From Candidatus Margulisiibacteriota bacterium (lineage in GTDB: Bacteria; Margulisbacteria; WOR-1; O2-12-FULL-45-9; XYB2-FULL-48-7), in assembly GCA_041658645.1 (NCBI GenBank), contig JBAZZV010000002.1, forward strand, positions 35,828 through 99,827: DNA of 64,000 bases. The letters run 5' to 3'. This document shows, in pieces, positions 46,478-56,577 of this stretch (position 1 is the first letter of the stretch; each line of letters opens with the position of its first letter). The notes under the pieces were generated by a model. The model made no database searches. It worked only from the letters and a program-made list of their open reading frames with translations, and had not been told where the DNA came from. A program made the translations under genes and the position numbers.

Positions 46478-48960
46478 TTCTTATATTTCTTGCCGGAGCC
46501 GCAGGGACACGGGTCGTTCCGGCCGACCTTCTCGGCAACCCGGGTCGGCGCGCGTCCCCCCTCTTTCGGCGGAGCTCCGTAGCTGACGTTCCGGCGCTTC
46601 GGCGCCGCTTCTTCTTGCCCGCTGATCTGGACTTTTAAGATCATGCCGATGACCTGCTCGCGCACGCCGCGCATCATCTCCCCGAACATGCCGTACCCTT
46701 CCATCTTGTATTCGATCAGCGGGTCCTTGCCACCCCAGCCGCGCAAACCTATCCCCTCGCGCAACACATCCATATTGTGCAATTGCTCGATCCAGGCGGC
46801 ATCGATCACCCGCAAGAGGACCAGCCGCTCCACCTGGCGCATGTTGTCCGGCCCGATAGCCGTTTCCCGGTCGGCGTAAGCCTGCTGGAGCATAGCCAGC
46901 AAAGCGTCTTTGATCTCCTCCCGTTTCCCCCGCTCTTTGAGCTTGTCGAGGCCGATCACCGGAATAACCTCGTTGACCGCCTTGAAGAGCCCGTCCCAAT
47001 CCCATTCTTCCGGACTGATCTTTTCCGGCAGGAAATCGTTTTGCCATTCGCCGGCCGTCTGGCCCATCATTTCCAGCACCTTCGCCCGCAACTCTTTCCC
47101 TTCCAGGATGCGGCGGCGGAGGGCGTAGATCGTCTCGCGCTGTTTGTTCATGACGTCGTCAAACTCGAGGACCTGCTTGCGAATGCCGAAATGGTATTGC
47201 TCAACCTTCTTCTGGGCGTTCTCGATCGCCCGGGAGATCAAGCCATGTTCGATCGGCACATCTTCTTCGATCCCGAGCCGCTCCATCATCCCGGAAACCC
47301 GGTTGGAGCCGAAAAGTTTCATCAATTCATCCTCGAGCGAAACGTAGAAGCGGGTCGACCCGGCGTCACCCTGCCGGCCGGCCCGGCCGCGCAATTGGTT
47401 GTCGATCCGCCGGCTTTCGTGCCGCTCGGTGCCAATGACGTGCAAGCCGCCCAGCGCCGGTACCCCTTCGCCCAGAACGATATCGGTCCCGCGGCCCGCC
47501 ATGTTGGTCGAGATGGTGACCGCCCCCGGCTGGCCCGCCCGGGAGATGATCTCCGCCTCGCGTTCGTGGTGCTTAGCATTAAGGACGTGGTGCGGCACAC
47601 CCCGCCGCTGCAGCATTTCGGCGACCAGTTCGGAATTCTCGATCGAGATCGTCCCAACCAGGACCGGCCGCCCTTTTTTGTGCCACTCGGCGATCTCGCC
47701 TACCACCGCGCGGAATTTGGCCCGCTTGTTCTTATAGACCAGGTCGGAATGGTCGGTCCGGACCATCGGATGGTGGGTCGGGACCTCCAGCACTTCCAGT
47801 TTGTAGATCTTCCAAAACTCCCCTTCTTCGGTCTTGGCGGTACCGGTCATGCCGGACAGTTTCTTGAAGAGCCGGAAATAGTTCTGGAAAGTGATCGTGG
47901 CCAGGGTCTGCGACTCCTGCTGGACCTCGACCCCTTCCTTGGCCTCGATCGCCTGGTGGAGTCCGTCGGAATAACGCCGACCGACCATCAGGCGGCCGGT
48001 GAATTCGTCGACAATGATAACCTCGCCGTCCTTGACGACATAATCGATGTTCTTCTGGAAGAGATGCCAGGCGCGCAGCGAGGAGAGGATCTGGTGGGCC
48101 AGCTCGATATGCCCGATGTCGAAGAGGTAATCGAGGTTAAGCATTTTCTCGACCTTGCGCGTGCCATGTTCGGTCAGCACGGCATTCTTGGTCTTTTCGT
48201 CGGTCGTGAAATCGGTGCTCCGGTGCAGTTTTTTGACCACGTCGTTGGCCTTGAGATAATTGGTCACGCTGTCTTCAACCATGCCGGAGATGATCAGCGG
48301 GGTGCGGGCCTCATCGATCAGGATGCTGTCAACCTCGTCAACGATGGCGTAATGGAGGTCGCGCTGGACACAGTCCGAAAGCGAGAGGGCCATGTTATCG
48401 CGCAGATGGTCGAAACCAAACTCGTTGTTGGTGCCGTAGGTGACATCACAGGCATAGGCCAGCTTGCGCTCCGGCGGCTCCATGTCGTGCTGGACACAAC
48501 CGACGGTCAAGCCGAGCGCCCTGTAGATCGGCCCCATCCATTCCATGTCGCGATGGGCCAGGTAATCGTTGACCGTGACGACGTGCGTCCCCTTCCCCTC
48601 CAGGGCGTTGAGATAAATGGGGAGAGTGGCGACCAGGGTTTTTCCTTCACCGGTCTTCATTTCGGCGATCTTCCCCTGGTGGAGGACGATCCCGCCGATC
48701 AGCTGGACATCGAAGTGGCGCAGGCCGGTGGTCCGGCAGGAAGCTTCGCGCACCGCGGCAAAAGCGGCGGGGAGGAGGTCATCGAATGTTTTTCCAGCGG
48801 CTAGCTCCCGGCGGAACTCCGCGGTCTTGGCACGCAGTTCTTCGTCGGACAGTTTTTTCAGTTCGGGTTCGAAAGAGTTGATCTGGTCGACCAGCGGCTG
48901 GAGCGAACTTAATTTTCGCTCAGCGCCAGCGTTAAATAACTTGGTGAGCCATGGCAGCAT
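46459..48960 (-). CDS. secA: Preprotein translocase ATPase SecA.
   Basis: Walker A GEGKT, DEAD-like [19 protein letters not shown], and C-terminal zinc finger [13 protein letters not shown]. Confidence 0.95.
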   Translation of the reverse strand: MLPWLTKLFNAGAERKLSSLQPLVDQINSFEPELKKLSDEELRAKTAEFRRELAAGKTFDDLLPAAFAAVREASCRTTGLRHFDVQLIGGIVLHQGKIAEMKTGEGKTLVATLPIYLNALEGKGTHVVTVNDYLAHRDMEWMGPIYRALGLTVGCVQHDMEPPERKLAYACDVTYGTNNEFGFDHLRDNMALSLSDCVQRDLHYAIVDEVDSILIDEARTPLIISGMVEDSVTNYLKANDVVKKLHRSTDFTTDEKTKNAVLTEHGTRKVEKMLNLDYLFDIGHIELAHQILSSLRAWHLFQKNIDYVVKDGEVIIVDEFTGRLMVGRRYSDGLHQAIEAKEGVEVQQESQTLATITFQNYFRLFKKLSGMTGTAKTEEGEFWKIYKLEVLEVPTHHPMVRTDHSDLVYKNKRAKFRAVVGEIAEWHKKGRPVLVGTISIENSELVAEMLQRRGVPHHVLNAKHHEREAEIISRAGQPGAVTISTNMAGRGTDIVLGEGVPALGGLHVIGTERHESRRIDNQLRGRAGRQGDAGSTRFYVSLEDELMKLFGSNRVSGMMERLGIEEDVPIEHGLISRAIENAQKKVEQYHFGIRKQVLEFDDVMNKQRETIYALRRRILEGKELRAKVLEMMGQTAGEWQNDFLPEKISPEEWDWDGLFKAVNEVIPVIGLDKLKERGKREEIKDALLAMLQQAYADRETAIGPDNMRQVERLVLLRVIDAAWIEQLHNMDVLREGIGLRGWGGKDPLIEYKMEGYGMFGEMMRGVREQVIGMILKVQISGQEEAAPKRRNVSYGAPPKEGGRAPTRVAEKVGRNDPCPCGSGKKYKKCCLKN

Positions 48961-48966
48961 GCGAGG

Positions 48967-49356
48967 TCACAGCTCTGACTCGGGGGCCGGGGTACCGAAA
49001 CCGGGGATCTTCAGCCGGGCCAGGAACTTAAAACGGGCCCCCCGGCGGCGTTTCTCATCGAGGTGTTTTTCCTTATGTTTCTCAACTTGTCGTTTGGCTT
49101 CCTGCAAGGCCAGGTCGAAAGCGGCGTAGATGTCCTTGGCCCCTTCGCTCGCCTGGATATTTTTGTTCCCGGCCAGCCAGATGCGGAGCTCCGCTACCTG
49201 GCTCCGGTTAAGGTCACTAATTTTGCGCGCCTCCAGGATGACCTCAACTTTCTGGATATTCTTGAAGAACTCCTCAAGTTTCGCGGCTTTTCCCTGGACA
49301 TAATCCCTGATCGCCGGGGTAAGATCGAAATTGCGGCCGGATATCGTTATCTGCAT
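48967..49356 (-). CDS. hpf: Ribosome hibernation promoting factor (HPF/RaiA family).
   Basis: MQITISGRNFDLTPAIRDYV...KLEEFF matches the sigma-54 modulation protein / S30EA fold. Confidence 0.85.
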   Translation of the reverse strand: MQITISGRNFDLTPAIRDYVQGKAAKLEEFFKNIQKVEVILEARKISDLNRSQVAELRIWLAGNKNIQASEGAKDIYAAFDLALQEAKRQVEKHKEKHLDEKRRRGARFKFLARLKIPGFGTPAPESEL

Positions 49357-49385
49357 GTTGTTTTCCTCCCGTGCTTATTGTAACA

Positions 49386-50015
49386 CTATTCCACGGCTCG
49401 CGACAAGGCCAGGACTTCGACCCGTTTGGCCCCCGCCGCCAGGAGGATACGGGCGCATTCGGCAACCGTGGCACCGGTGGTAAAGATATCGTCCAGGAGA
49501 AGGACCCTGCGGCCATTTAGCGCCGGCGGATCAACGGCCTGGAACGCCCCTCTGACGTTAACCGACCTCGCTTCCCGGGGAAGGTTGAACTGGGCGTGCG
49601 TGTTGCGGACCCGCGCCAACGCGTTCTTGACCGGTAGTTCATAATAGCGGCCAATAACCTTGGCCAGCAGTTCGACCTGGTTAAAACCGCGTTCCCGCTC
49701 CCGTTTCTGATGCAACGGGACCGGGACGAGCCAATCGATCTCTTTGAGCTGCAGCGACTCCACCTGCGCCAGATATTTGACCAGGACCACCCCCAGCGCC
49801 TCGGCCAGTTTTTTCCGCCGCTGGAATTTGAGCCGATGGAGCGCGTCCCGCACCACTCCGCCGTAGACCGTGGCGGAATGGATGCCAAGCTGCGGCTTCA
49901 TGAACTTGATCTGGGTAAAACAGGCGGCGCAAAGCGGCTCCGGGCCGCTCTGGCGGCAAACCTCACAGCGCGGAGGGAAGATCAGGTCTAATAAATTTCC
50001 GAATAAATTGCTCAT
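49386..50015 (-). CDS. comF: ComF/GntX family phosphoribosyltransferase-domain protein.
   Basis: N-terminal CxxC...CxxC zinc finger and C-terminal PRTase motif VLLLDDIFTTGATV. Confidence 0.8.
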   Translation of the reverse strand: MSNLFGNLLDLIFPPRCEVCRQSGPEPLCAACFTQIKFMKPQLGIHSATVYGGVVRDALHRLKFQRRKKLAEALGVVLVKYLAQVESLQLKEIDWLVPVPLHQKRERERGFNQVELLAKVIGRYYELPVKNALARVRNTHAQFNLPREARSVNVRGAFQAVDPPALNGRRVLLLDDIFTTGATVAECARILLAAGAKRVEVLALSRAVE

Positions 50016-50048
50016 TAATTAGTCATTAGTCATTCGTCATTAGTCATT
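50016..50048. repeat. Heptanucleotide tandem repeat (TAGTCAT)x4 in the divergent comF/regulator intergenic region.
   Basis: ttagtcattagtcattcgtcattagtcatt read directly from the sequence. Confidence 0.8.
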
Positions 50049-50057
50049 GAATACAAT

Positions 50058-50073
50058 TATACCATATGGTATA
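50058..50073. promoter_or_regulatory. Perfect 16-bp palindrome TATACCATATGGTATA, a candidate operator in the divergent promoter region of comF and the AlbA_2/HTH regulator.
   Basis: Read directly. It is located 12 nt upstream of the regulator ATG and is followed by a TATTAT box. Confidence 0.5.
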
Positions 50074-50084
50074 TTATCCCTAAC

Positions 50085-50708
50085 ATGACCTGGGATGACA
50101 TACTCGAGCTGCTCGAACAGGGTGAAGGCCAGTCGGTCGAATTCGAGAAGAACATTCCCGCCGAGGACGACATCGCCCGGGAAATGGTCGGTTTCTCCAA
50201 CGCCGACGGCGGCCGGCTTGTCTACGGCATCGACGACAAGAACAAGCACCTGATCGGCATCGAAACGGACGGCCGGCTGGAAGAGACCCTCAAGAACATC
50301 GGCCGGAACCATGTCTCCCCCGCCATCACCCCCACGGTCGAGATCATCGAGAAGTCCGACAAGAAGATCCTGGTCATCAACGTCCCCGAAGGGCTTGACA
50401 AACCGTACCGCACGGACGAGATCTGTTATGTCCGCGACGGTAACCTCTCCCGCCCCGCCAAGGAGAACGAGGAGAAGGAAATGACCAACCCCTGGTCGGG
50501 CAAGGGGCTGAACAAGCGCCAGATCCGGGCGCTGCAGCTGATCGGCGAGCACGGGACGATCACCAACCGGGAATATCGCGAGGCTTTTAACGTTTCCCAC
50601 AAAACGGCCCACTTGGAGATGACCCTGCTGGAAGACAAGCGGCTGGTCAAGTCCGAAGGGGCCGGCCGCTCCACCCGCTATATCATTGTCGCGCCGCGCG
50701 AAGAATAG
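50085..50708 (+). CDS. AlbA_2/Schlafen-like DNA-binding domain protein with a C-terminal wHTH (putative transcriptional regulator; such proteins are often annotated as RecG-related).
   Basis: N-terminal ...EGQSVEFEKN...VGFSNADGGRLVYGIDD matches the AlbA_2 pattern. C-terminal LNKRQIRALQLIGEHGTITNREYREAFNVSHKTAHLEM is an HTH. Confidence 0.7.
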   Translation: MTWDDILELLEQGEGQSVEFEKNIPAEDDIAREMVGFSNADGGRLVYGIDDKNKHLIGIETDGRLEETLKNIGRNHVSPAITPTVEIIEKSDKKILVINVPEGLDKPYRTDEICYVRDGNLSRPAKENEEKEMTNPWSGKGLNKRQIRALQLIGEHGTITNREYREAFNVSHKTAHLEMTLLEDKRLVKSEGAGRSTRYIIVAPREE

Positions 50709-50722
50709 AAAGGAAGAAAAAA

Positions 50723-51460
50723 ATGAGGAAGCCCATTATTGCCGGGAACTGGAAGATGTACAAGACCGCGACCGAATCAGTCGACTTCATTAACGCCCTC
50801 AAGCCCCACCTGAAAGAGAGCTACGATTGCACCGTGCTGATCTGCGCCCCCTACACTAACCTGAAAGATTGCAGCGTCGCCGCCAACGGGAGCACTGTTT
50901 TTATCGGGGCCGAGAACCTCTACTGGGAGGATGAAGGGGCGTTCACCGGCGAGATCTCCGCGCCAATGCTCAAAGCAGTCGGTTGCACTTACGTCATCAT
51001 CGGCCACTCCGAGCGCCGGCAGTTTTTCGGCGAGACCGACGAGACGGTCAACAAGAAACTTAAAGCGGCCATCAAACATAATCTTAACGCGATCGTTTGC
51101 GTTGGAGAAACGCTAGAGCAGAGAGAAAAAGGAGAAACATTCAAGGTCATTGAAAATCAGATCAAAAATAGCCTGCATTCATTAGACATTAGTCATTGGT
51201 CATTAGTCATTATTGCCTACGAGCCGGTCTGGGCAATTGGTACCGGTAAAACAGCTACTCCGGAGCAAGCCCAGGAAGTTCACGCTTATATTCGAAAATT
51301 ATTACCGAAAGACGTTGCTGCGGACATCCGCATCCTCTACGGCGGGTCGGTCAAGCCGGATAACGTCAAAGAATTGATGGCCAAACCGGATATCGACGGG
51401 GGATTGGTGGGCGGAGCGAGCTTAAAGGTTGATAGTTTTATAAAGCTGATCAAGTATTAG
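50723..51460 (+). CDS. tpiA: Triosephosphate isomerase.
   Basis: IAGNWKM, IIGHSERR, AYEPVWAIGTG and GGASLK motifs. An internal (TAGTCAT)n heptamer tract encodes HSLDISHWSLVI. Confidence 0.9.
   Translation: MRKPIIAGNWKMYKTATESVDFINALKPHLKESYDCTVLICAPYTNLKDCSVAANGSTVFIGAENLYWEDEGAFTGEISAPMLKAVGCTYVIIGHSERRQFFGETDETVNKKLKAAIKHNLNAIVCVGETLEQREKGETFKVIENQIKNSLHSLDISHWSLVIIAYEPVWAIGTGKTATPEQAQEVHAYIRKLLPKDVAADIRILYGGSVKPDNVKELMAKPDIDGGLVGGASLKVDSFIKLIKY
51176..51212. repeat. Second (TAGTCAT)n heptamer array (4-5 units) located inside the tpiA coding sequence.
   Basis: cattcattagacattagtcattggtcattagtcatt read directly. It belongs to the same unit family as the array at 50016-50048. Confidence 0.8.
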
Positions 51461-51462
51461 TC

Positions 51463-51900
51463 TTAATTTTTTCGCCCGCAAACCGCCACGGTTGAGATAT
51501 ACTTTTCTCCAGTCGGATCAAAATAATTTTGCCTGCCGCAGTCAAACAATCTAATGTTCAGCAATGAACCATTAGCCATAATCCCAACGATGACGCCATT
51601 TTCTTTATCGATCTTAACATTTAAAGCCTGGGGATCAACACATCTTAGCTTGTAATCCGTATAGGCGTTATTTTTAGCGATATTTTCAGCAATATAATCT
51701 CCCATCATAGAATCCATCTCAATTTCCCCTTCCCCCCGCCCGACACACCCATGCTTTTTCCCGGCAGCCACTATCATGGTATTCGTTTTTTCAATAAACC
51801 TTTGCCAGCCGGATTTACCTGGCAAACAGCCTGTAGAGAGCCCTAAAGCCAGGACCGGAACCATTCGAATCATATTTCTTGCAATTCTTTCTAAATTCAT
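51463..51900 (-). CDS. Small lipoprotein (145 aa).
   Basis: Signal peptide with lipobox LSTGC. Confidence 0.55.
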   Translation of the reverse strand: MNLERIARNMIRMVPVLALGLSTGCLPGKSGWQRFIEKTNTMIVAAGKKHGCVGRGEGEIEMDSMMGDYIAENIAKNNAYTDYKLRCVDPQALNVKIDKENGVIVGIMANGSLLNIRLFDCGRQNYFDPTGEKYISTVAVCGRKN

Positions 51901-52478
51901 TATTCTTCCGCTTTTATATAATTTAAAACCGCATCAGCAATACTGTTCTGCGGTTCTTCACAAGTAGATTGCCAGATGTTAATCTGAGGTCTCATCCCGT
52001 TAGGTATAATCGCCCCTGCTTCTACTCTTTGTCCAATTTGTCCTTGAGGATCGAATTTTATAACTTCCGTTTCTGAATACATCGACGGGGCCGGCGGAGG
52101 GACCGCTTCTCTTTCAGCAACATCAGGGATATCAAGTCTAAACTCATCGACAACTCTTGCGGGCTTAAGTTTATCGGCATTGTCTAACAAAACTAATATA
52201 TTATATCCTCTTTGCGCCAAGTCCCGAGATCTTTGATCATTTTCACACGACATAGGCGAAATTATCATCCCTTCTATTGCTGCCCTTTCTTCACGGGAAA
52301 AGGATTGTCGATGGTTATCCATATAATTAACCAGTCGGCGGAGTTTATTTAATCCCAGCTTGCCCGCTCCTGCCTCCGCTTCATAAGATGCTAAATTTGG
52401 CCGGATAGACAGCGCGCTCTTAAGACCTGACCAGGAAACACGATAAGGAACATGATTACAGATCCGATTAAATATCAC
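51900..52478 (-). CDS. Hypothetical protein (192 aa).
   Basis: ORF translationally coupled to the downstream lipoprotein gene. No motif recognised. Confidence 0.5.
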   Translation of the reverse strand: MIFNRICNHVPYRVSWSGLKSALSIRPNLASYEAEAGAGKLGLNKLRRLVNYMDNHRQSFSREERAAIEGMIISPMSCENDQRSRDLAQRGYNILVLLDNADKLKPARVVDEFRLDIPDVAEREAVPPPAPSMYSETEVIKFDPQGQIGQRVEAGAIIPNGMRPQINIWQSTCEEPQNSIADAVLNYIKAEE

Positions 52479-52525
52479 TGTATTATTCGCTCCAAAACAT
52501 TATGATCGATCGCGGCCACAACCTC

Positions 52526-54007
52526 TTATTTATCCCCTCCGGCGCAGTAAACGAAATTGAAATAGCTCTGATAATATTTCGACCCCGACTGTATCGACTG
52601 GCTGCCATAAGCCAGAGCATAGCCATCGGCGGTCGAAGCGATCTGGGGAGGATCGTAATAAAAATTCCCATCCGTCTGCGCAACCGTCTGCGGAGAGCCG
52701 ATCAAGGTCAGATCTTGGGAAACGCGCGTAAATAAAACCGATCTCAAGCCGCTGTTGTCCTGCGGCCCGCTGGCGGCAACCCAAACCAGCCCAAATTCCT
52801 GCCGCTCCGGGCTCCAGACGATCGAAGGATCGAGGTTGCCCGCCGCCGAATCGGTAATGGTAACGTCTTTGGTTATCTGGCCGTTGCCCGATAAACCGGT
52901 TAAGTGCAGTTCGCTGTGGTCCCAGGCAATTTTCTTCGACCAGACGATCGCCGATTTATCGCCGGCTGACGCGATCGCCGGCATCGTCCCTATCCCGTAG
53001 TGGGGCGGCAGCAAAGGATGAATATTCAAACCGCTCGCGATAAGGATTTTGGGTTCGATCGGCACTCCCTCTTTGGTGATCATTTTTGCGTAAATCCCCG
53101 TATTTGCCGAAATCGGCAACGCATAATCGGTCCAGGTGATCGCAAAGCCCGCGGTCGTAGCCGCGATCGATGTCCCGGTCCGATTGTATGAATACTCCTC
53201 ATTGTTGGTTATGTTGATCTTTTCTCCCAGCGGCTTCCCTGACTTCGCTAACCGCAAAAAGTATATTTCAGGCGTACTAAGCCCGCCGTCCGGCCCAAAC
53301 TCTCTATCGTTCCACAATAAACCGTAACAGCCGCAGGCCTCCGACCAGGCGAGCGAAGGGTTATTGTCGCCAAACTGGAGCGTAAAAAGCTTCTGGCCTT
53401 GATCGAGTTTCTCGCCGGTTTGAGAAACGGAGAAGAAAGAGAGGTCCATCCCCTCGTTTCCCCAGACAACCCCGAATTTCTCGCCGTCCCAGGCCAGTGA
53501 GCTCGCCACAAACGTATTCATACTGAATGAACCCTGAAATTCCGTTTCCTTGTTTGTTTCTCCCAAGACCGTAAAAGGCCTGAAGCGGTTGCTGAAAACA
53601 TTATTTCTCATGTCGATCCAAGTCGCCGCGTAGGCTTGGCCATTTGAGGCCAGGGCCGGCATTAACTGCCTGGCCAGAGGATCGGCGGGATCGGCCGCCA
53701 GCGGAACTTCACCGGGGCCACAGACATGCGGCTTTGTATCAGGCTGAACATCGGGCATTATATCGGGTTGAACATCGGGCAGATTAATATCAAAGGGAGC
53801 ATCGGGAATATGGATATCCGGAGTAACATCGGGCTTATTAACATCCGGGATGACGGCATCCGGAACATGGTTATCCGGAACATGAATATCCGGCAGGCCG
53901 GCGTCTTCAGGCAATTGAACTATATTTTCATTATTGCCGATCACTTTCCCGCCGCAGTTAAGCAGTCCGGCCGCAACCAATCCCGCCCCTACGATCGTTC
54001 TTAGCAT
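52526..54007 (-). CDS. Secreted lipoprotein with N-terminal Pro/Asp-rich PD(x)3 repeats and a C-terminal beta-rich domain. The probable start is MLRTIVGAGLVAAGLLNCGG.
   Basis: Lipobox LLNCGG. Repeats IHVPDNHVPDAVIPDVNKPDVTPDIHIPD are encoded by imperfect 12-nt DNA tandem repeats at about 53720-53900. Confidence 0.65.
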   Translation of the reverse strand: MLRTIVGAGLVAAGLLNCGGKVIGNNENIVQLPEDAGLPDIHVPDNHVPDAVIPDVNKPDVTPDIHIPDAPFDINLPDVQPDIMPDVQPDTKPHVCGPGEVPLAADPADPLARQLMPALASNGQAYAATWIDMRNNVFSNRFRPFTVLGETNKETEFQGSFSMNTFVASSLAWDGEKFGVVWGNEGMDLSFFSVSQTGEKLDQGQKLFTLQFGDNNPSLAWSEACGCYGLLWNDREFGPDGGLSTPEIYFLRLAKSGKPLGEKINITNNEEYSYNRTGTSIAATTAGFAITWTDYALPISANTGIYAKMITKEGVPIEPKILIASGLNIHPLLPPHYGIGTMPAIASAGDKSAIVWSKKIAWDHSELHLTGLSGNGQITKDVTITDSAAGNLDPSIVWSPERQEFGLVWVAASGPQDNSGLRSVLFTRVSQDLTLIGSPQTVAQTDGNFYYDPPQIASTADGYALAYGSQSIQSGSKYYQSYFNFVYCAGGDK

Positions 54008-54266
54008 GCTTTTATTGGGCGCTGAAAAAGACCCCCTAACCTCCCTAACAACAGATCTGGTTAAAAGAGGCGCCATTTGCCGAACTGCTCCTAATAAACT
54101 CATTTTTTACTCCCCGGGACTGACTTATATGATCGAGGTCCAATTCAGTCCGGATATATATCCATGTGATCACAATAAAATTTCACCTTATTTAATATTA
54201 ATTTTTATGATAGAATAAAAGTTGGTCGGACCGGCTGATCTTATTAAATGGTAAAAGGAGAAAAAA

Positions 54267-55247
54267 ATGGCAAAGAAATTATACGAAGAATTGGGACTCG
54301 TCAATACCAGGGAAATGTTTAAAAAGGCGATGGCCGGGAAATACGCGGTGCCGGCCTACAACTTTAATAATATGGAGCAGCTGCAGGCGATCATCGGCGG
54401 CTGTGCCGAAAGCAATTCGCCGGTCATCATCCAGGTCTCGAGCGGCGCCCGGAAATACGCCAACCAGACCCTCCTCCGCTACATGGCCCAGGGAGCAATT
54501 GAGATGTGCCGGAAAGACCTGAAGAGCAATATTCCAGTCTGTCTCCACCTTGACCACGGCGATACTTTTGAACTCTGCAAATCGTGCATCGACTTCGGTT
54601 TCTCTTCGGTCATGATCGACGGCTCCAGCCACACTTACGAGGACAACATCAAGCTGACCAAGCAGGTCGTGGAATATGCCCGCCAGTTCGACGTCACGGT
54701 CGAAGGCGAGCTCGGTGTCCTGGCCGGCATCGAAGATGAGGTCAAAGCGGAAAAGCACACCTATACCGACCCGGCCCAGGTCGAGGATTTTGTCAAACGG
54801 ACCGGCGTTGATTCCCTGGCCATCTCGATCGGCACCTCGCATGGCGCCTACAAGTTCAAGGTCAAGCCGGGGGAATCGGTCCCCCCGCTCCGCTTCGATA
54901 TTTTAGCCGAAGTGGAAAAGAGATTGCCCGGCTTCCCTATTGTTCTGCACGGCGCCTCTTCCGTCGTCCAGGAATATGTCCAGATGATCAATAAGTTCGG
55001 CGGCAAGATGGATAACGCGGTCGGCATCCCCGAAGAACAGCTCCGCCGGGCGGCCCAATCGGCAGTCTGTAAGATCAACATCGACAGCGACGGCCGCCTC
55101 GTTATGACCGCGGTCATCCGCAAGGTCTTCGCCGAACAGCCGGGTGAATTCGATCCCAGAAAATATTTGGGACCGGCCAGAGAAGAACTAAAGAAATTGA
55201 TCGTGGCTAAGAACACGAACGTTCTCGGATCGGCGGGAAAGGGATAA
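54267..55247 (+). CDS. fba: Class II fructose-1,6-bisphosphate aldolase.
   Basis: YAVPAYNFNNMEQ..., LHLDHG, SIGTSHGAYKF and GASS are class II FBA zinc/catalytic motifs. Confidence 0.9.
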   Translation: MAKKLYEELGLVNTREMFKKAMAGKYAVPAYNFNNMEQLQAIIGGCAESNSPVIIQVSSGARKYANQTLLRYMAQGAIEMCRKDLKSNIPVCLHLDHGDTFELCKSCIDFGFSSVMIDGSSHTYEDNIKLTKQVVEYARQFDVTVEGELGVLAGIEDEVKAEKHTYTDPAQVEDFVKRTGVDSLAISIGTSHGAYKFKVKPGESVPPLRFDILAEVEKRLPGFPIVLHGASSVVQEYVQMINKFGGKMDNAVGIPEEQLRRAAQSAVCKINIDSDGRLVMTAVIRKVFAEQPGEFDPRKYLGPAREELKKLIVAKNTNVLGSAGKG

Positions 55248-55352
55248 CTCACCCCCCATCCCCCTCTCTTCCTAAGAGAGGGGGTGAAAACGCTCTTGAA
55301 AACTGAAGCCACCCCTTCTCTTAAAAAGAGAAGGGGGTCAGGGGGATGAGTT
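55248..55352. repeat. About 105-bp palindromic intergenic repeat element, copy A. It contains two GC hairpins (cccctctctt-NNNN-aagagagggg and ccttctctt-NNNN-aagagaagg) and also has inverted ends.
   Basis: About 95% identical to 56578-56683. It lies between the fba stop and the pfp RBS. Confidence 0.85.
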
Positions 55353-55368
55353 AAGAAGGAGCTAACAG

Positions 55369-56577
55369 ATGAAAGTTAAATTTCAAGGCAAAGAGATCAA
55401 TATCAAACGGATCGGCATCCTGACCGGCGGCGGCGATTGCGCCGGGCATAACGCGGTCATCGTCGGCCTCTTGCGCCGGATCAACCAGGCGAACCTCACC
55501 CTGCCGAAAGACGAGCAAATGGAGCTGGTCGGTTTACTTGAGGGGTGGAAGTCATTGACCCGCGATCCGGGGACCGAGCTCGACAAGATCGTTAAACCCT
55601 TGAGCCTGATTGATATCGAGGAATCTTTCACAGTAGCCGGCACTATTCTCAAGTCCTCCCGCACCAACCTCTTCTCCAAAGCCAATCTGGAAGCGAAAGC
55701 CCCGGAGAAAGCAATGGAGGCCTTGAAAAATCTGAAGATCGATTGCCTTTGTGTGCTGGGTGGTGACGATACGCTCGGCGCGGCCGGGAAACTGGGCCAG
55801 CAGTTCGTTTTCCCGATGTTCGGCGCCCCCAAGACTATGGACAACGACGTCTACGGGACCGAAATGACCTACGGCTTTGAATCGGCCGTCGAAGAATCGG
55901 TCCACTTTATCGAGAATATCCGGACGACCGCCGAATCCCATAATCGCTGTTTTATCGTTGAACTTCTCGGCCGCCATGCCGGCTGGGTCGCCATGTGGGC
56001 CGGGATCGCCGGCGGCGCCGAGGTCACCCTCCTCCCCGAAGAGGTCCTCGATATGGATAAAGTGATCAAGCAGGTGGAAAAGTCGATCGCCAAAAAGCAG
56101 CACTGCATTGTCGTTGTTTCTGAAGGGGCCCGTTTATTTGACACCCACTATCCTGACGAGATCAATAAGAAACACCAGAAGATGCTGGAAACGGTGATGG
56201 CCGATCCGAAATACGCCCTGGTCAAAGCGCGCCACGAGATGCCGAAGAAAAAAGACTCGTTCGGCAACGAACAGCTCGGCGGGATCGGCGAATATATTTT
56301 CGCTATCCTGGAAAAGCACACCAAGGGGTTTGAATACCGCTATCAGAACTGCGGCCACGCCATCCGCGGCGGGGTCGCCCATGTGATGGACCGGATCCTC
56401 GGTCTCCGCTATGGCGACGCGATCTTCAGTTTCATGAAAGAGGGAGTTTTTGGGGTCTATCCTGGCCTGGAGAACGACGTGATCATGTCGCGCAACCTGT
56501 TAGACGTTAAAGGCGGGCGCTTCGTCCCGCAAGACCATCAGCTCTACTCGATGCGCAACGCGGCCGACTACTATTAA
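55369..56577 (+). CDS. pfp: Pyrophosphate-dependent phosphofructokinase (PPi-PFK).
   Basis: GILTGGGDCAGHNAVI. GGDDT and PKTMDND (Asp104/Lys124 equivalents) are diagnostic of PPi rather than ATP dependence. Confidence 0.85.
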   Translation: MKVKFQGKEINIKRIGILTGGGDCAGHNAVIVGLLRRINQANLTLPKDEQMELVGLLEGWKSLTRDPGTELDKIVKPLSLIDIEESFTVAGTILKSSRTNLFSKANLEAKAPEKAMEALKNLKIDCLCVLGGDDTLGAAGKLGQQFVFPMFGAPKTMDNDVYGTEMTYGFESAVEESVHFIENIRTTAESHNRCFIVELLGRHAGWVAMWAGIAGGAEVTLLPEEVLDMDKVIKQVEKSIAKKQHCIVVVSEGARLFDTHYPDEINKKHQKMLETVMADPKYALVKARHEMPKKKDSFGNEQLGGIGEYIFAILEKHTKGFEYRYQNCGHAIRGGVAHVMDRILGLRYGDAIFSFMKEGVFGVYPGLENDVIMSRNLLDVKGGRFVPQDHQLYSMRNAADYY

